From assembly GCF_038871235.1 (NCBI RefSeq), contig NZ_JAVZIN010000001.1:64001-128000 (forward strand): a stretch of 64,000 nt of DNA. The letters run 5' to 3'. The translations under genes were made by a program, and so were the position numbers. Below are positions 1-10,221 of this stretch, one piece after another. The stretch's first letter is position 1. Each line of letters begins with the position of its first letter. Below the pieces are notes generated by a model, which did not search any database, was not told where the DNA came from, and worked only from the letters and a program-made list of their open reading frames with translations. Origin of the DNA: Candidatus Hadarchaeum sp. GTDB lineage: Archaea > Hadarchaeota > Hadarchaeia > Hadarchaeales > Hadarchaeaceae.

Positions 1-40
1 TTACCAGCTCAATCTCATCCCAGCATTTGGGACATTTCAT
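1..40 (-). CDS. 5' end of a small CxxC (zinc-ribbon-like) protein running off the window edge
   Basis: GGTGA RBS followed by ATG AAA TGT CCC AAA TGC TGG (MKCPKCWDEIELV...), truncated by the window. Confidence 0.4.
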   Translation of the reverse strand, partial: MKCPKCWDEIELV

Positions 41-73
41 TTAGGTCACCAATTGTTAGGTTAACGTGAGTAT

Positions 74-1138
74 TTAAGTTCCTCTTTCGGGTGGGCTTAG
101 TTTTCTGATGGTTTTGAAGCCCATGGGATGAGTCAGATCTTCTTCCTCGTCCACCGATTTAATCCTGAAACGCTGATATGGAGAGATGCAGGGTCTGGGC
201 CGGCTAACCACTTCGAATCTAAACAGCGTTGATCGATACCAGTCTATCCCCGGATTCGGCCCCACAGGAAATGGAAGCTCTTTGGCGAAGATCTCGTAAT
301 CCACCGCGTCGTATTTCATCGGGTACCTTGAAAAATCCCTGATGATATCCGTAATCACACAGTTCATCTTACCCAGCAGCTTTTCTATCTGTAGCCATTT
401 ACTGCGCGAGGCCTCGAGAGTAGTTAAACCGAAGTATCCCACCCCGTTTTCCTTCAGGCAGCTGACCCCACGGACAACAAAGGCCTTCAATCCGCTAATG
501 CTTTCAAGGGGTTCTGAGGAAAAGACATCAAAGGCCCCTATCATTTTTTTGGGCAAGGGATCCTCCACGTTGTACTTAATGAATTCTATTTCAAACCCGT
601 GCTCCCGGTTTACTGCCTTGAGGAATTCTTCCAACCTTTCGTCCGCATCAAGCACGCAGATCCTTGCCGGCATCTTGGTGAGCGATAAAGCGACGCTCAG
701 CAGATCGTCATCTCCCATCAATACGATTTCCCGGCTTCTAAGATCACCATGCCGATGCATCAAGGCCGCTCTTACAATAACGTCCTCCTCCCTCATGTAG
801 CCCTGAAAAAATTTAAGTGACGGAACCGGCCTATCCTTCACGATTTCCCTAAAATCAGCGATAATTTTTTGGAATTTCTCACCCACCACAACTCCTTTTC
901 CATCACAACAATGGCAGATTTCGCCGGCACGAACCCCAGAACCACAATCAATCGCTTTAATTCCTTTTTTATTGGGCTTGATACCGGCTCCATTGATACT
1001 GATGTAACCATTTCTTTTCAGCGAGTCTATTGTCCTGATAATCTCACTTAGTGGAAATGGGCTACGCTCGCATAGGCCCCAGAAAGAATCAACTCCAGAG
1101 GTCAACTGGCAGAGGACATATTCTTCAACCTTTTTCAT
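74..1138 (-). CDS. bpsA: N4-bis(aminopropyl)spermidine synthase (branched-chain polyamine synthase)
   Basis: CxxCxGKG, FFQGYM, GDDDLLS, GYFGLT, DWYRS motifs typical of BpsA/DUF43; downstream of AdoMetDC. Confidence 0.9.
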   Translation of the reverse strand: MKKVEEYVLCQLTSGVDSFWGLCERSPFPLSEIIRTIDSLKRNGYISINGAGIKPNKKGIKAIDCGSGVRAGEICHCCDGKGVVVGEKFQKIIADFREIVKDRPVPSLKFFQGYMREEDVIVRAALMHRHGDLRSREIVLMGDDDLLSVALSLTKMPARICVLDADERLEEFLKAVNREHGFEIEFIKYNVEDPLPKKMIGAFDVFSSEPLESISGLKAFVVRGVSCLKENGVGYFGLTTLEASRSKWLQIEKLLGKMNCVITDIIRDFSRYPMKYDAVDYEIFAKELPFPVGPNPGIDWYRSTLFRFEVVSRPRPCISPYQRFRIKSVDEEEDLTHPMGFKTIRKLSPPERGT

Positions 1139-1472
1139 TAGGATCCCTCCTCAAGAGCCGCTTTTTAACTTTTTTCGGCTTCAGCCACTTTATTAGAAGA
1201 TCAAGCGCCTTGATGGCCTTTTTCTCGGAACCGCAACAAAAAATATCAATTGCTGCATATTCATGTTCCGGCCACGTGTGAATGCTTAGGTGGGATTCTC
1301 GCAAAAGATAGAAGGCAGAAACACCGTGCGGCTCAAACTGATGAAAAGCGGAGTTAATGGGTTTTAAACCTGATTTAATTATCACTCGGTCTAGGATTTC
1401 CCGGAGTGGTTCTACTCGGGAAATCTTCTGCGCCGCCACGCCCAAAAATTCGGCGATAACATGGATGCTCAT
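1125..1472 (-). CDS. speD: S-adenosylmethionine decarboxylase proenzyme
   Basis: HQFEPHGVS...LRESHLSIHTWPE with the ESH self-cleavage site. Confidence 0.92.
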   Translation of the reverse strand: MSIHVIAEFLGVAAQKISRVEPLREILDRVIIKSGLKPINSAFHQFEPHGVSAFYLLRESHLSIHTWPEHEYAAIDIFCCGSEKKAIKALDLLIKWLKPKKVKKRLLRRDPNEKG

Positions 1473-1638
1473 GGCTCACACCCCATGTAACCGTCGAATT
1501 TTTGCGGGTTGTGGATAGTTTTGAACTACTCATCATTATTGTTATTTCAAAAAATTTATTTTAAAATTTTTCTGAAGAAACCGGCGCTAATAATAACTAG
1601 GCTTAAGATGAAGTTGTTTCGGTAATCCTCCGAAAAAG

Positions 1639-2586
1639 GTGGTGGTTCTGAGCAAAATGAGGCAGGCCAAGGGTCTGATGGCCGGCAAATTCGCATCCGA
1701 TTTATTGGGCGCTCAGAGGGATGGTAAAGTTTACAGCGTTTTCGAAAGAACATTCAACGTCTTGTTCGATAATGGCCTGGTAGGCATCACGAGAAGCGAA
1801 GTGCCCCTTAGCCCAATGGACCTGAGAACCGATATTTCTCCCCCGGAAAAAATACCGGAATTGGGTATTAAAAAGGGCTTGCAAGCCAAAGTGTCCGGAG
1901 ATTTTGTGTCGGTGGGTGATGTTCTCCATATCGACCTCACCGAGGCTGGAGTCTGGAGACCTCCAAACAGGGTCAAAGATCCAGCGGACCCGACCCAGAT
2001 TAAAAAAGCCTTAAGCAAAGTAGAGGAAGTCGCTCTAGCTCGGCCGCGATCCGAGGGTTTAGGGCAGCTGTTGCCCTATCTGGATTCAATACTCAACTTA
2101 GAAGCACCCCATTTAGTTGCGGTTAACGATGTTTCCCAAGCAGCGCTACCACAACTGGTCGATTTAGTGCGGGCGACCACGGAGGGGGATATCCATGGCA
2201 TCAAAACTGCGGTCAACAAGCTTATCGGGCTAGGACCCGGACTGACTCCGTCAGCCGATGATTTGCTCATTGGTTACATCAGCGCTATCCATTGGGTTTC
2301 CCAATCTTTTGATAAGTGGGATGATTTTTTCCGAAAGATTAACGAAGCCATAATTTCCCCTGCGGAAGCCACAACTCTTCTTGGTTCCCAACTGTTGAGG
2401 CTTGCGGCACACGGGGAAGTAAATGAGGTTTTGGTGAACCTGTATCAGGCCATACTATCAGGAGAACTTTCCACCTTGAATGTTTTGATATCCAATTTAA
2501 TGAATTTCGGCAGCACCTCCGGAATGGACACGCTGGTTGGGCTTCTCCTTGGTATAAAAATCACCCTTAAAATGATGTTTAGATAA
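1639..2586 (+). CDS. DUF2877 (YlbF/YahE-like) protein
   Basis: LIGLGPGLTPSADD and GSTSGMD motifs. Confidence 0.8.
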   Translation: MVVLSKMRQAKGLMAGKFASDLLGAQRDGKVYSVFERTFNVLFDNGLVGITRSEVPLSPMDLRTDISPPEKIPELGIKKGLQAKVSGDFVSVGDVLHIDLTEAGVWRPPNRVKDPADPTQIKKALSKVEEVALARPRSEGLGQLLPYLDSILNLEAPHLVAVNDVSQAALPQLVDLVRATTEGDIHGIKTAVNKLIGLGPGLTPSADDLLIGYISAIHWVSQSFDKWDDFFRKINEAIISPAEATTLLGSQLLRLAAHGEVNEVLVNLYQAILSGELSTLNVLISNLMNFGSTSGMDTLVGLLLGIKITLKMMFR

Positions 2587-2667
2587 ATAGCTAGTCCAAT
2601 CTGACCATAATTAGGGGTAAGAAATGATGGGAGAAATTAAGCTTAAATAAACCCGACCGGACTTTTA

Positions 2668-3414
2668 CTATCTGCTGCTGCCATAATATAGACATTGATG
2701 AAGCGGGATCTTTGGTGAATATTTGGGGCTATCGGTCAATTCAACCTCTGCCTCTCGCACGACGGCAACGGGAATTCGTTCACCCGCTTCTCCCATCACC
2801 AGCTGCGCGGCCGTGGCGAGCTGGTCAGCCGTTGCCCGGTAAGTTATCTTCAACGGCTTTCCATAGATGTCAAGCTTGCCCCGGCAGTCAATGACGGGCT
2901 CGATTCCCGCGGTGGCTATCGCCTGACCAACGGTGCCAAGCCTCAGCGGGTGAACGATGCTGTCAGAGATCACCACTCCGACCTTGACACTCGCCCCCGA
3001 GATCAGCGCAAGCCTGAGTCTCTCTGCGGATTTTTGGGGATACCGCGGTAGAAGTATAGCCTTACCCTTCGGGGCATTGGATAGATCTACTCCCGCATTG
3101 GCGCAGATTATTCCGTCCTTTATCGTCAGCACGACTCCTCTGTGGATCCGGAGCACCCTGTCTGCCTCGCGCAGAATCAGTTCCACAAACTCGGGTGGTT
3201 GTCCGCTTTTAGCCGCGATTTTTTTTGCCCTCTGTGACGGTCTGATTTTTGACAGATCTTTGATTCTTCCTTCGGCTGCGGCCACTGCCTTTGAAGAAAC
3301 CACGACAATGTCGCCGTCGCGCAGTCCCCCGATCTGATCGGCTGCTTTCAGTATCATTGATGGAAGATCATCTCCTGACTCGATTATGGGTAGGCTCAGT
3401 CCCAGAACTTCCAC
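2668..3414 (-). CDS. cofE: CofE-family gamma-glutamyl ligase (F420-0:L-glutamate ligase or FolC2-like)
   Basis: GDIVVVSSKAV, ANAGVDLSN, VVISDS, VMGEAGERIPVAVVR. Confidence 0.85.
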   Translation of the reverse strand: MEVLGLSLPIIESGDDLPSMILKAADQIGGLRDGDIVVVSSKAVAAAEGRIKDLSKIRPSQRAKKIAAKSGQPPEFVELILREADRVLRIHRGVVLTIKDGIICANAGVDLSNAPKGKAILLPRYPQKSAERLRLALISGASVKVGVVISDSIVHPLRLGTVGQAIATAGIEPVIDCRGKLDIYGKPLKITYRATADQLATAAQLVMGEAGERIPVAVVREAEVELTDSPKYSPKIPLHQCLYYGSSR

Positions 3415-3418
3415 AATC

Positions 3419-4351
3419 TCACCCTACCGCGTCCCTGATCGCTTCAGCGATTCTAGCTGCTTGCAGTGTTTCAAGCGGGTCGTGGGTCCGCAGCGCGTGG
3501 GCTCCGTTGACGACGGCAATGGCGGCCGCGGCCAGTGAGCCGTAGAGCCTCTCTCTAGGGTCAGGAAGATTTAGTATCTCGCCTATTGAAGATTTTCTCG
3601 ATATACCAAGGCAGATGGGTCGGCCAGTTTTAATTTCCCTTAGTTTTACCAGGATCCGGAGGTCTAGGTAGGTTGCCAAACTATAATCACCGTCCCCAAA
3701 CTTTTTTCTCGCTCGAGGACCTAACCGGTCAAGTCTTGCCGGCCATTGCCCAAACGCAGGGTCAACGACGACTTTTTTTAACGAGATGTTATGTCTGCGA
3801 CAAATCTCAAGACTTGACAGGAGCGCTTCTTTGATTTCGGCAATTGTATATACATCTCCAGGAAATTTTTTAGCGGCCATCAGAATAGCTGAGCAACCGG
3901 TTTTCGATATAACTTCAGCCATGCCTTCATCAGCCTTGAGTCCGCTGACGTCGTTAATTATCGAAGCCCCCGCTGCAACTGCAGCTTCGGCAACAGCGGC
4001 CCTTTGGGTGTCGGCTGAAATCGGAACATCGACCTCACCGGCAACGGCTCTGATGGCTGGTATCAGCTTCCGCATTTCCTGTTGTTCTGAAATCGGTTGT
4101 GACCTGGGCCCGGTGGCCATGGCACCGATGTCGATGATCTGGGCACCTTCATCCACCATCTCCCCCGCCCGTTTAACGACGTCTCGGAGATTCCCAACAA
4201 CAGATCCCGGATAAAAGGAACCCTCGCTGAGGTTGATCGCCCCAATGATCACAGTGGGCTGACCATTCCCGACCACAACTTTATCTAGCCTTGCAATGAC
4301 CACTAAAGCACCATAATCACTTTGATCCAAGGCAATAAAACGATGCCCCAA
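3419..4351 (-). CDS. folP: dihydropteroate synthase
   Basis: INLSEGSFY, IIDIGA, ISADT, INDVSG, GISRKS, LRTHD; true start may be downstream of the ORF start. Confidence 0.9.
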   Translation of the reverse strand: MGHRFIALDQSDYGALVVIARLDKVVVGNGQPTVIIGAINLSEGSFYPGSVVGNLRDVVKRAGEMVDEGAQIIDIGAMATGPRSQPISEQQEMRKLIPAIRAVAGEVDVPISADTQRAAVAEAAVAAGASIINDVSGLKADEGMAEVISKTGCSAILMAAKKFPGDVYTIAEIKEALLSSLEICRRHNISLKKVVVDPAFGQWPARLDRLGPRARKKFGDGDYSLATYLDLRILVKLREIKTGRPICLGISRKSSIGEILNLPDPRERLYGSLAAAAIAVVNGAHALRTHDPLETLQAARIAEAIRDAVG

Positions 4352-4355
4352 GAAA

Positions 4356-6263
4356 TTAAGCCACTATCTCAAAGTTCTCGGGTGAAACATAGTCCCCATA
4401 CTTTTCCCTAGCTTGAGTCAGCCTCTGCCTCTGGTTCTCCAGCTCCACAAATACCTCTCGCGGGGTGTTCGGCACCTTGGCGGAATAAATCTTTAAGATC
4501 CGGTCTATCTTGGCCAAATGCTCCGGTATTCTCAGCTTGAACTGCTTCAGGTAGTCCTCCTTGGCGTAGTCGATGTTGAGCACCCGCTTGAAGAGCACCC
4601 TGAGGTCATCATAGAGCGGGATGAGTCCGGTGGGTGTTTTCCTAGCCTTGACCTCGTTGTGGCAGCGAAGCTCCATCCACTTCAGCCAAACTGCCTTGTA
4701 AAGCTTATCGGTCAGGTAATTGCCGCCCTCCTTGAGGAAATAGTTCACCGAGAATATTTTGGGCGGCTTCTCCAGCTTGGCGCCGAACTTCAGGTTTATC
4801 TCAATATATTTCGCCAGCGGGATGGAGAGAAAATCCAGATTGGCCATCGGGTTGAACTCCCTCGTGCCCTCCTTTCCTAAGACCGCCGCTGTGACCTCGG
4901 ACTCCAGCGAGGCTCCTTTGGTCACTATCCCATGAACCCAGTTGAACGCCTCCTCAACCGGCACACAGGTGTCTGAATCTCTTCCACCATAAATGATTCC
5001 TGAGATCTCCACCCCCTCAGGATCCTCTATTCTGGGGTCAAGGTTTTCCAAGAGCCTCATGTTTAGCGTTAGCCTCGCGTTCTTGTGTGAGGGGGGGATT
5101 TCATTGCCCTCGGCGTCCCTCTTTCCTGGATACCATTCCCCAGAATGGTTGATTCCCCGCTTGGGCACCTCGCCGTCGTGACCGATCCAGTAAACGCTGC
5201 CGTCGTCCAGCATCAAGACGTTGGAGAAAATTATTTCCCCGGGACTGTGAAGCGCCTTCCAGAGTATCGGATCGTCTTTGGAGTTAATGCCTTGGATTAT
5301 CCCAAACATCCCGCACTCGACATTGACGGCCCTGACTTTCCCGTGTCTTATCCTCAGATAGGCGATATCATCCCCAACTATTTTTTCACCACGCATCATC
5401 GAGGTGGAAGTCTTGCCGCAGAGGGAGGGGAAGGCCCCGGTGAAGTAGGTCAACCTACCACCCGGGCCGTGAACTCCCATAATGAACATATGCTCGGTTA
5501 GCCAACCTTCCTCTGAAGCCCGCTTTATCGCCAGCCGCATTGCCAGCTTTTTCAACCCAATCGTGTTGCCGCCATACTGCGTGTTGACACTGTAGACCGT
5601 CTCATCAGTAAGGTCAACGTAAATCCTGCGCTTGTCAATGTTCTTGCTGACTCCGTTAACGAGTTCACCTTCCGAATGAACAAACTTGAAGAACCTCGCC
5701 TTTCTGCCCAGCCTCCTGAACTCCGAGTATCCCTGCCGGTAGAGCAGGTTCTCGCTGTGGGCCACATAAGGAGAATCGGTCAGCTGAAGACAGGGGATAG
5801 AAAAATCAGAGTTAAGTGGGCCAAGACAGAAAAATAAGACGTAAAGCCTGTGTCCTTTCATGATGTCCTTCAGCAGGACGTGGATCTCCCTCAGTCCGGC
5901 TTCCCTTTCCAGCTGACCGAGGCTCTCACCGGCAGCCAGCGCCCCCAGTCCTAAGTCGACACCTTTAGGCAGGAGCAGCCGGGTGTTTTTTCTGTCCCTA
6001 GCCTGATCATAATAACCGTCGAAGTGAATAGTATGCCCCTCTATCGCGAGCCTTCTTTCCTCACCCGTCCTGATGGCTTCTTCTCTAATGAACTTCAGCT
6101 CCTCATCCGTGCCCGTGCTGACGAAGACATCGTCGGGGTTACAATGTCCCACATACTTGGCCACAAACTCATGTAGAGCTGGGTTATCTATCGCCAGCAG
6201 TTTGCCAAGGTTTTCTTTGCTCAACTTCCGTTCAAGGATACTTAGACCAGTTCCTTCACACAT
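4356..6263 (-). CDS. pckG: phosphoenolpyruvate carboxykinase (GTP)
   Basis: YGGNTIGLKK, WLTEHM, AFPSLCGKTS, VGDDIAY, YGGRDSDT. Confidence 0.95.
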   Translation of the reverse strand: MCEGTGLSILERKLSKENLGKLLAIDNPALHEFVAKYVGHCNPDDVFVSTGTDEELKFIREEAIRTGEERRLAIEGHTIHFDGYYDQARDRKNTRLLLPKGVDLGLGALAAGESLGQLEREAGLREIHVLLKDIMKGHRLYVLFFCLGPLNSDFSIPCLQLTDSPYVAHSENLLYRQGYSEFRRLGRKARFFKFVHSEGELVNGVSKNIDKRRIYVDLTDETVYSVNTQYGGNTIGLKKLAMRLAIKRASEEGWLTEHMFIMGVHGPGGRLTYFTGAFPSLCGKTSTSMMRGEKIVGDDIAYLRIRHGKVRAVNVECGMFGIIQGINSKDDPILWKALHSPGEIIFSNVLMLDDGSVYWIGHDGEVPKRGINHSGEWYPGKRDAEGNEIPPSHKNARLTLNMRLLENLDPRIEDPEGVEISGIIYGGRDSDTCVPVEEAFNWVHGIVTKGASLESEVTAAVLGKEGTREFNPMANLDFLSIPLAKYIEINLKFGAKLEKPPKIFSVNYFLKEGGNYLTDKLYKAVWLKWMELRCHNEVKARKTPTGLIPLYDDLRVLFKRVLNIDYAKEDYLKQFKLRIPEHLAKIDRILKIYSAKVPNTPREVFVELENQRQRLTQAREKYGDYVSPENFEIVA

Positions 6264-6293
6264 AGTATCGATTGCTACTGAAAGCCCCCTCGT

Positions 6294-7913
6294 TTAAGTT
6301 TTACTGTCATGGGTTGGGACCAGCCTTTTGGACATATAGGGCCCTTCCCGGTCGTATCCTAACCTGTGGTAGTACTCTCGCGTCCCAATCCCGGCCAGTA
6401 CTAAGATCTTCCTAGCCCCAATCTCTTCTCGGGAGACTCGTTCCGCCTCCTGCAGAAGCCGTTCCCCCCAGCCTCGGTGCTGCCATTCGCTCGGGCCAGC
6501 TACTCGACCCACCCCCACCAGTGGGCCGTAAACGTGTAACTCTCGGACGATGGTGGCATCGCCTAGTCTGACCTCGGGCCGATGGGCTTTTTCCGACGGC
6601 TCCCTCAACCGCAATAGTCCGATCAGCACATCATTTGCCATATCCTCAAAGGAGAGAAAAATCTCGGTACCCCCGGAGGCACGATACTTTTCAGTTACCA
6701 GCTCGATGTCTTCGGGTCGGGGCTCAAAACCCGTTTTGTAGCTAACATGCCCGACCTCTCGACACCTGATGCAACGACAAGCCCGACCCTGTTGCTTTAA
6801 TCTTTCTTGAACCAAGGCCCTGAGATCACCACGTTTGACGCCCGCGGCCACCAGATTTGCCGGTATGTCCCGCTGGATTCGCTGGATCCTAATCCACTTC
6901 GGCGTCATTTTCTTTACCTCTATGATTAAATCAACAAGTTTCTCAAAAGAGTAGGGTTTGTACTCTCCACGGCGCCACATCTCATACAGACCTGTCCCCG
7001 GCAAAACTAGCGTGGGATAAATTTTCAGAGCGTCGGGTTTGAACCTCTCATCGCTGAAAATTGTCCTGAACATTTCTAGATCCCGCACATAGCTGGATCC
7101 TGGGAGGTTGGGCATCATGTGGAAGACGATGGCAAAGCCAGAATCCCTAGCTATCCGCACGGCCTCCACGACATCCTCAACGGTGTGGCCACGTTTCACG
7201 ATTTGATAAACATCATCGTAAACCGTTTGGACGCCCAACTCCACCCTCGTGGTTCCCAAACCAAGAAGGAAATCAACTTGGGACTCTCTGCAGTAATCCG
7301 GACGAGTTTCTATAGCTATGTCGCTGACGCGGATGGCAGACTTCTCGGCCTCCGTCTGGGCCTCGTGCAGGCTTTTTGCCCTCCCCCCTGTGATGGCGTT
7401 CAGGCATTGCGTGATGAACCATTCTAAGTAATCCTTTGGATAGCAGGTTAAAGTCCCGCCGAAGACTACCAGCTCGACCTTGTCCACTTCATGACCGATG
7501 GCGCGCAGCTGCTCAATCCTGCTGCTTACTTGAGCGTAGGGGTCATAGTTGTGCTGAAGCGCCCGGGCCGCGGCGGGCTCCTTCCCCGTGTATGATTTCG
7601 GGGTGTTGTAATCAGGGCCCCCGGGACAGTAAATGCAGGTTTGCTCCGTCGGGCAGGGATAGGGCTTGGGCATGACGGTGATCACGGTGACGCCTGAAAT
7701 GGATCGCACCGGCTTAAGCCGGAGGATTGTGATGAGCTTAGACCTTTCTTCAGGGGTGGCGAGAGCTAGCAGTTCCGAGTTTCTCGGCGGGCGGGGAAGT
7801 TTAAATTCCCGGCAGATCTCAGTTTTGATTCTTGACAAACCTTGAGGATCAATAGTTCCCTGCCTCAGAATTCTCCGAATTGCTTCGCGGCTGGCAGTTG
7901 TAAAGGCCTCCAT
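6294..7913 (-). CDS. elp3: Elp3 tRNA uridine(34) acetyltransferase (radical SAM + KAT)
   Basis: CP...CIYCPGG, ETRPD, KIYPTLV, RELHVYG, QHRGWG. Confidence 0.95.
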   Translation of the reverse strand: MEAFTTASREAIRRILRQGTIDPQGLSRIKTEICREFKLPRPPRNSELLALATPEERSKLITILRLKPVRSISGVTVITVMPKPYPCPTEQTCIYCPGGPDYNTPKSYTGKEPAAARALQHNYDPYAQVSSRIEQLRAIGHEVDKVELVVFGGTLTCYPKDYLEWFITQCLNAITGGRAKSLHEAQTEAEKSAIRVSDIAIETRPDYCRESQVDFLLGLGTTRVELGVQTVYDDVYQIVKRGHTVEDVVEAVRIARDSGFAIVFHMMPNLPGSSYVRDLEMFRTIFSDERFKPDALKIYPTLVLPGTGLYEMWRRGEYKPYSFEKLVDLIIEVKKMTPKWIRIQRIQRDIPANLVAAGVKRGDLRALVQERLKQQGRACRCIRCREVGHVSYKTGFEPRPEDIELVTEKYRASGGTEIFLSFEDMANDVLIGLLRLREPSEKAHRPEVRLGDATIVRELHVYGPLVGVGRVAGPSEWQHRGWGERLLQEAERVSREEIGARKILVLAGIGTREYYHRLGYDREGPYMSKRLVPTHDSKT

Positions 7914-7938
7914 CCAACCACCCCTAAGATTAATCTAC

Positions 7939-10164
7939 ATGGTGGCTAATCTTCTTGACGGTGTTGGCTTGCACATCAGTGAAGTATGCAAAAGATACGG
8001 ACTAGACGCTCAGATACCGCAGATATTAGAAAGGTCAGGCATTTCCACCCTTTATCCACCGCAGCGGGAGGCCGTGAAAAAGGGAGCCCTCGATGGCAAG
8101 AATCTAGTGATGGCGATACCAACCGCGGCCGGGAAGACTCTCATCGCTGAGTTGTGCATGCTCCGGTCGGCGCTGGGCGGTAGGGGCAAGTGTCTTTACA
8201 TCGTCCCACTGCGCGCCCTTGCCAGTGAAAAGTATGAAGACTTTAAGGAGAAATACGAGCCGCTGGGAATTAAGGTGGGCATAAGCACCGGTGATTTTGA
8301 TTTTGCCGATCCCAGACTGGCCAATTATGATATTCTTGTCGCCACCTCGGAGAAGGTGGATTCACTGTTGCGCCACCGGGCTAAGTGGCTGGCTGACGTC
8401 GTTTCCGTGGTGGTTTTGGATGAAGTTCATCTTATCGACGACCCGGGGCGAGGTCCAACGCTTGAGGTCCTGACGGCTAGGCTCAGACAGGTAAATCCCG
8501 ATGTCCAGATCTTAGCACTTTCCGCGACGGTGAAAAATGCCGACGAAATAGCTGAGTGGCTGGGGGCCGAGCTAGTCAGGAGTGAATGGCGCCCGGTCCC
8601 GCTCAAAAAAGGGATCTACTTTAAGGGAAAGATAGCGTTTGACGACGGAAGCAAACTTAAGCTGGAGGTTGGAGAAATGGACGACCTCACGGCACTAGCG
8701 ACCAGCACGGTGAGGGAAGGGGGTCAGTCTCTAGTCTTTGTCAACACCCGGCGCTCCGCCCAGGCCGCCGCCGCTCTGATTTCCGAAACCATAGCCACCT
8801 TACTCTCAGAGGAGGATAAGGAGAAGCTTGACGCCGTTGCCAAAACTGTGGAGAGCGCTCTAGGTGAACCCTCGCGGACCTGCCGAGAGCTGGCCAGCTG
8901 TGTCCGCAGGGGCGTTGCCTTCCACCACGCCGGCCTCCATCATGTGCAGAGAAAAGCTATCGAGGATGCCTTTAGGAAGAACTTAATCAAGGTGGTCTGC
9001 GCGACGCCCACCTTGGCCATGGGAGTCAACCTGCCCTCCCGCAGGACCATCGTTCGAGATTACCGTAGATATGTGGAACCATACGGTCAAGTTTTCATCC
9101 CCGTGCTGGAGTTTTACCAGATGGCGGGGAGAGCTGGCAGGCCCCAGTATGATAAGCATGGGGAGGCGGTCCTGATTGCGAAGAGCAAGAGCGAGGTCGA
9201 GGCACTTTTTGAAAAGTTCATCAAAGCCGAGCCGGAGCGGATTACCTCTAAGCTGGCAACAGAGCCCGCCCTTAGGACGCACGTTCTCGCCTCGATCGCG
9301 GCCGGATACGTGAGCGATGAAAACGCTTTGCTCGAATTCATGTCGAGAACTTTCTTCGCCCATCAGTACGGCGTGACTGATGTCGAGAGAGTGGTTCATC
9401 GCGTGCTTGATTTTCTTGATCGGGAGGGGATGATTAAACGGGAGGAAAAGTTGTTGCTCGCGACTGAGTTCGGGAGGCGGGTTTCCATGCTCTATATTGA
9501 TCCTCTTTCCGCGGTGATACTTCGCGACGGCCTTCGCGGGGCAATTTCCAAGGCGCCCACTGAGATCGGTCTGCTTCACCTAGTCTGCCATACTCCAGAT
9601 ATGGAGCTGTTGTACCTCAGGCAAGAAGATTATGCAGAAATGGAAGCATTTTTCTTGGAGCATGCGGACGATCTGCTGACGTCAATACCTGATGGACGGA
9701 GCGAGCCGGAAAAGTTTGAATCGTTGCTGGCGGAGTTAAAAACAGCGAGAATGCTTCAGTCTTGGATAAACGAGATGAAGGAGGATGACATTCACGAGAT
9801 GTTCGGCGTTGGTGCCGGTGATATCCGCCGGGCCGCCGATACCGCCAAGTGGTTGCTCTATTCAGCGCACGAGCTTTCCAGCCTTTTCAGGATCAAGGCG
9901 ACCCTGGCTCCACTGAGAAAGTTGGAGCAGCGGATCAAATATGGAATTAGGGAAGAACTTCTCGAGCTGGTGCAGTTGCGAGGAATCGGAAGAGTCCGAG
10001 GGCGAAGTCTGTTCCATGCCGGCTACCGCAAGCTCTCGGATATCGAGAGAGCAAGCGAGCAGGAACTGGCTCGCGTCCCCTACATCGGCACCGAAATTGC
10101 CCGCAGCATCAAGCGGCAAGTGGAACAGAAAATTGAACCAGAAATACCACAACCTGAAATTTAA
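7939..10164 (+). CDS. hel308: ATP-dependent DNA helicase Hel308/Hjm
   Basis: PTAAGKT, DEVH, HHAGL, QMAGRAGRPQYD, C-terminal HhH. Confidence 0.93.
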   Translation: MVANLLDGVGLHISEVCKRYGLDAQIPQILERSGISTLYPPQREAVKKGALDGKNLVMAIPTAAGKTLIAELCMLRSALGGRGKCLYIVPLRALASEKYEDFKEKYEPLGIKVGISTGDFDFADPRLANYDILVATSEKVDSLLRHRAKWLADVVSVVVLDEVHLIDDPGRGPTLEVLTARLRQVNPDVQILALSATVKNADEIAEWLGAELVRSEWRPVPLKKGIYFKGKIAFDDGSKLKLEVGEMDDLTALATSTVREGGQSLVFVNTRRSAQAAAALISETIATLLSEEDKEKLDAVAKTVESALGEPSRTCRELASCVRRGVAFHHAGLHHVQRKAIEDAFRKNLIKVVCATPTLAMGVNLPSRRTIVRDYRRYVEPYGQVFIPVLEFYQMAGRAGRPQYDKHGEAVLIAKSKSEVEALFEKFIKAEPERITSKLATEPALRTHVLASIAAGYVSDENALLEFMSRTFFAHQYGVTDVERVVHRVLDFLDREGMIKREEKLLLATEFGRRVSMLYIDPLSAVILRDGLRGAISKAPTEIGLLHLVCHTPDMELLYLRQEDYAEMEAFFLEHADDLLTSIPDGRSEPEKFESLLAELKTARMLQSWINEMKEDDIHEMFGVGAGDIRRAADTAKWLLYSAHELSSLFRIKATLAPLRKLEQRIKYGIREELLELVQLRGIGRVRGRSLFHAGYRKLSDIERASEQELARVPYIGTEIARSIKRQVEQKIEPEIPQPEI

Positions 10165-10221
10165 TTTTCGGAAAAGTTTCAAGATAGAAAGACTATTAAT
10201 CAGCCTTTCCTATTTTATTTT

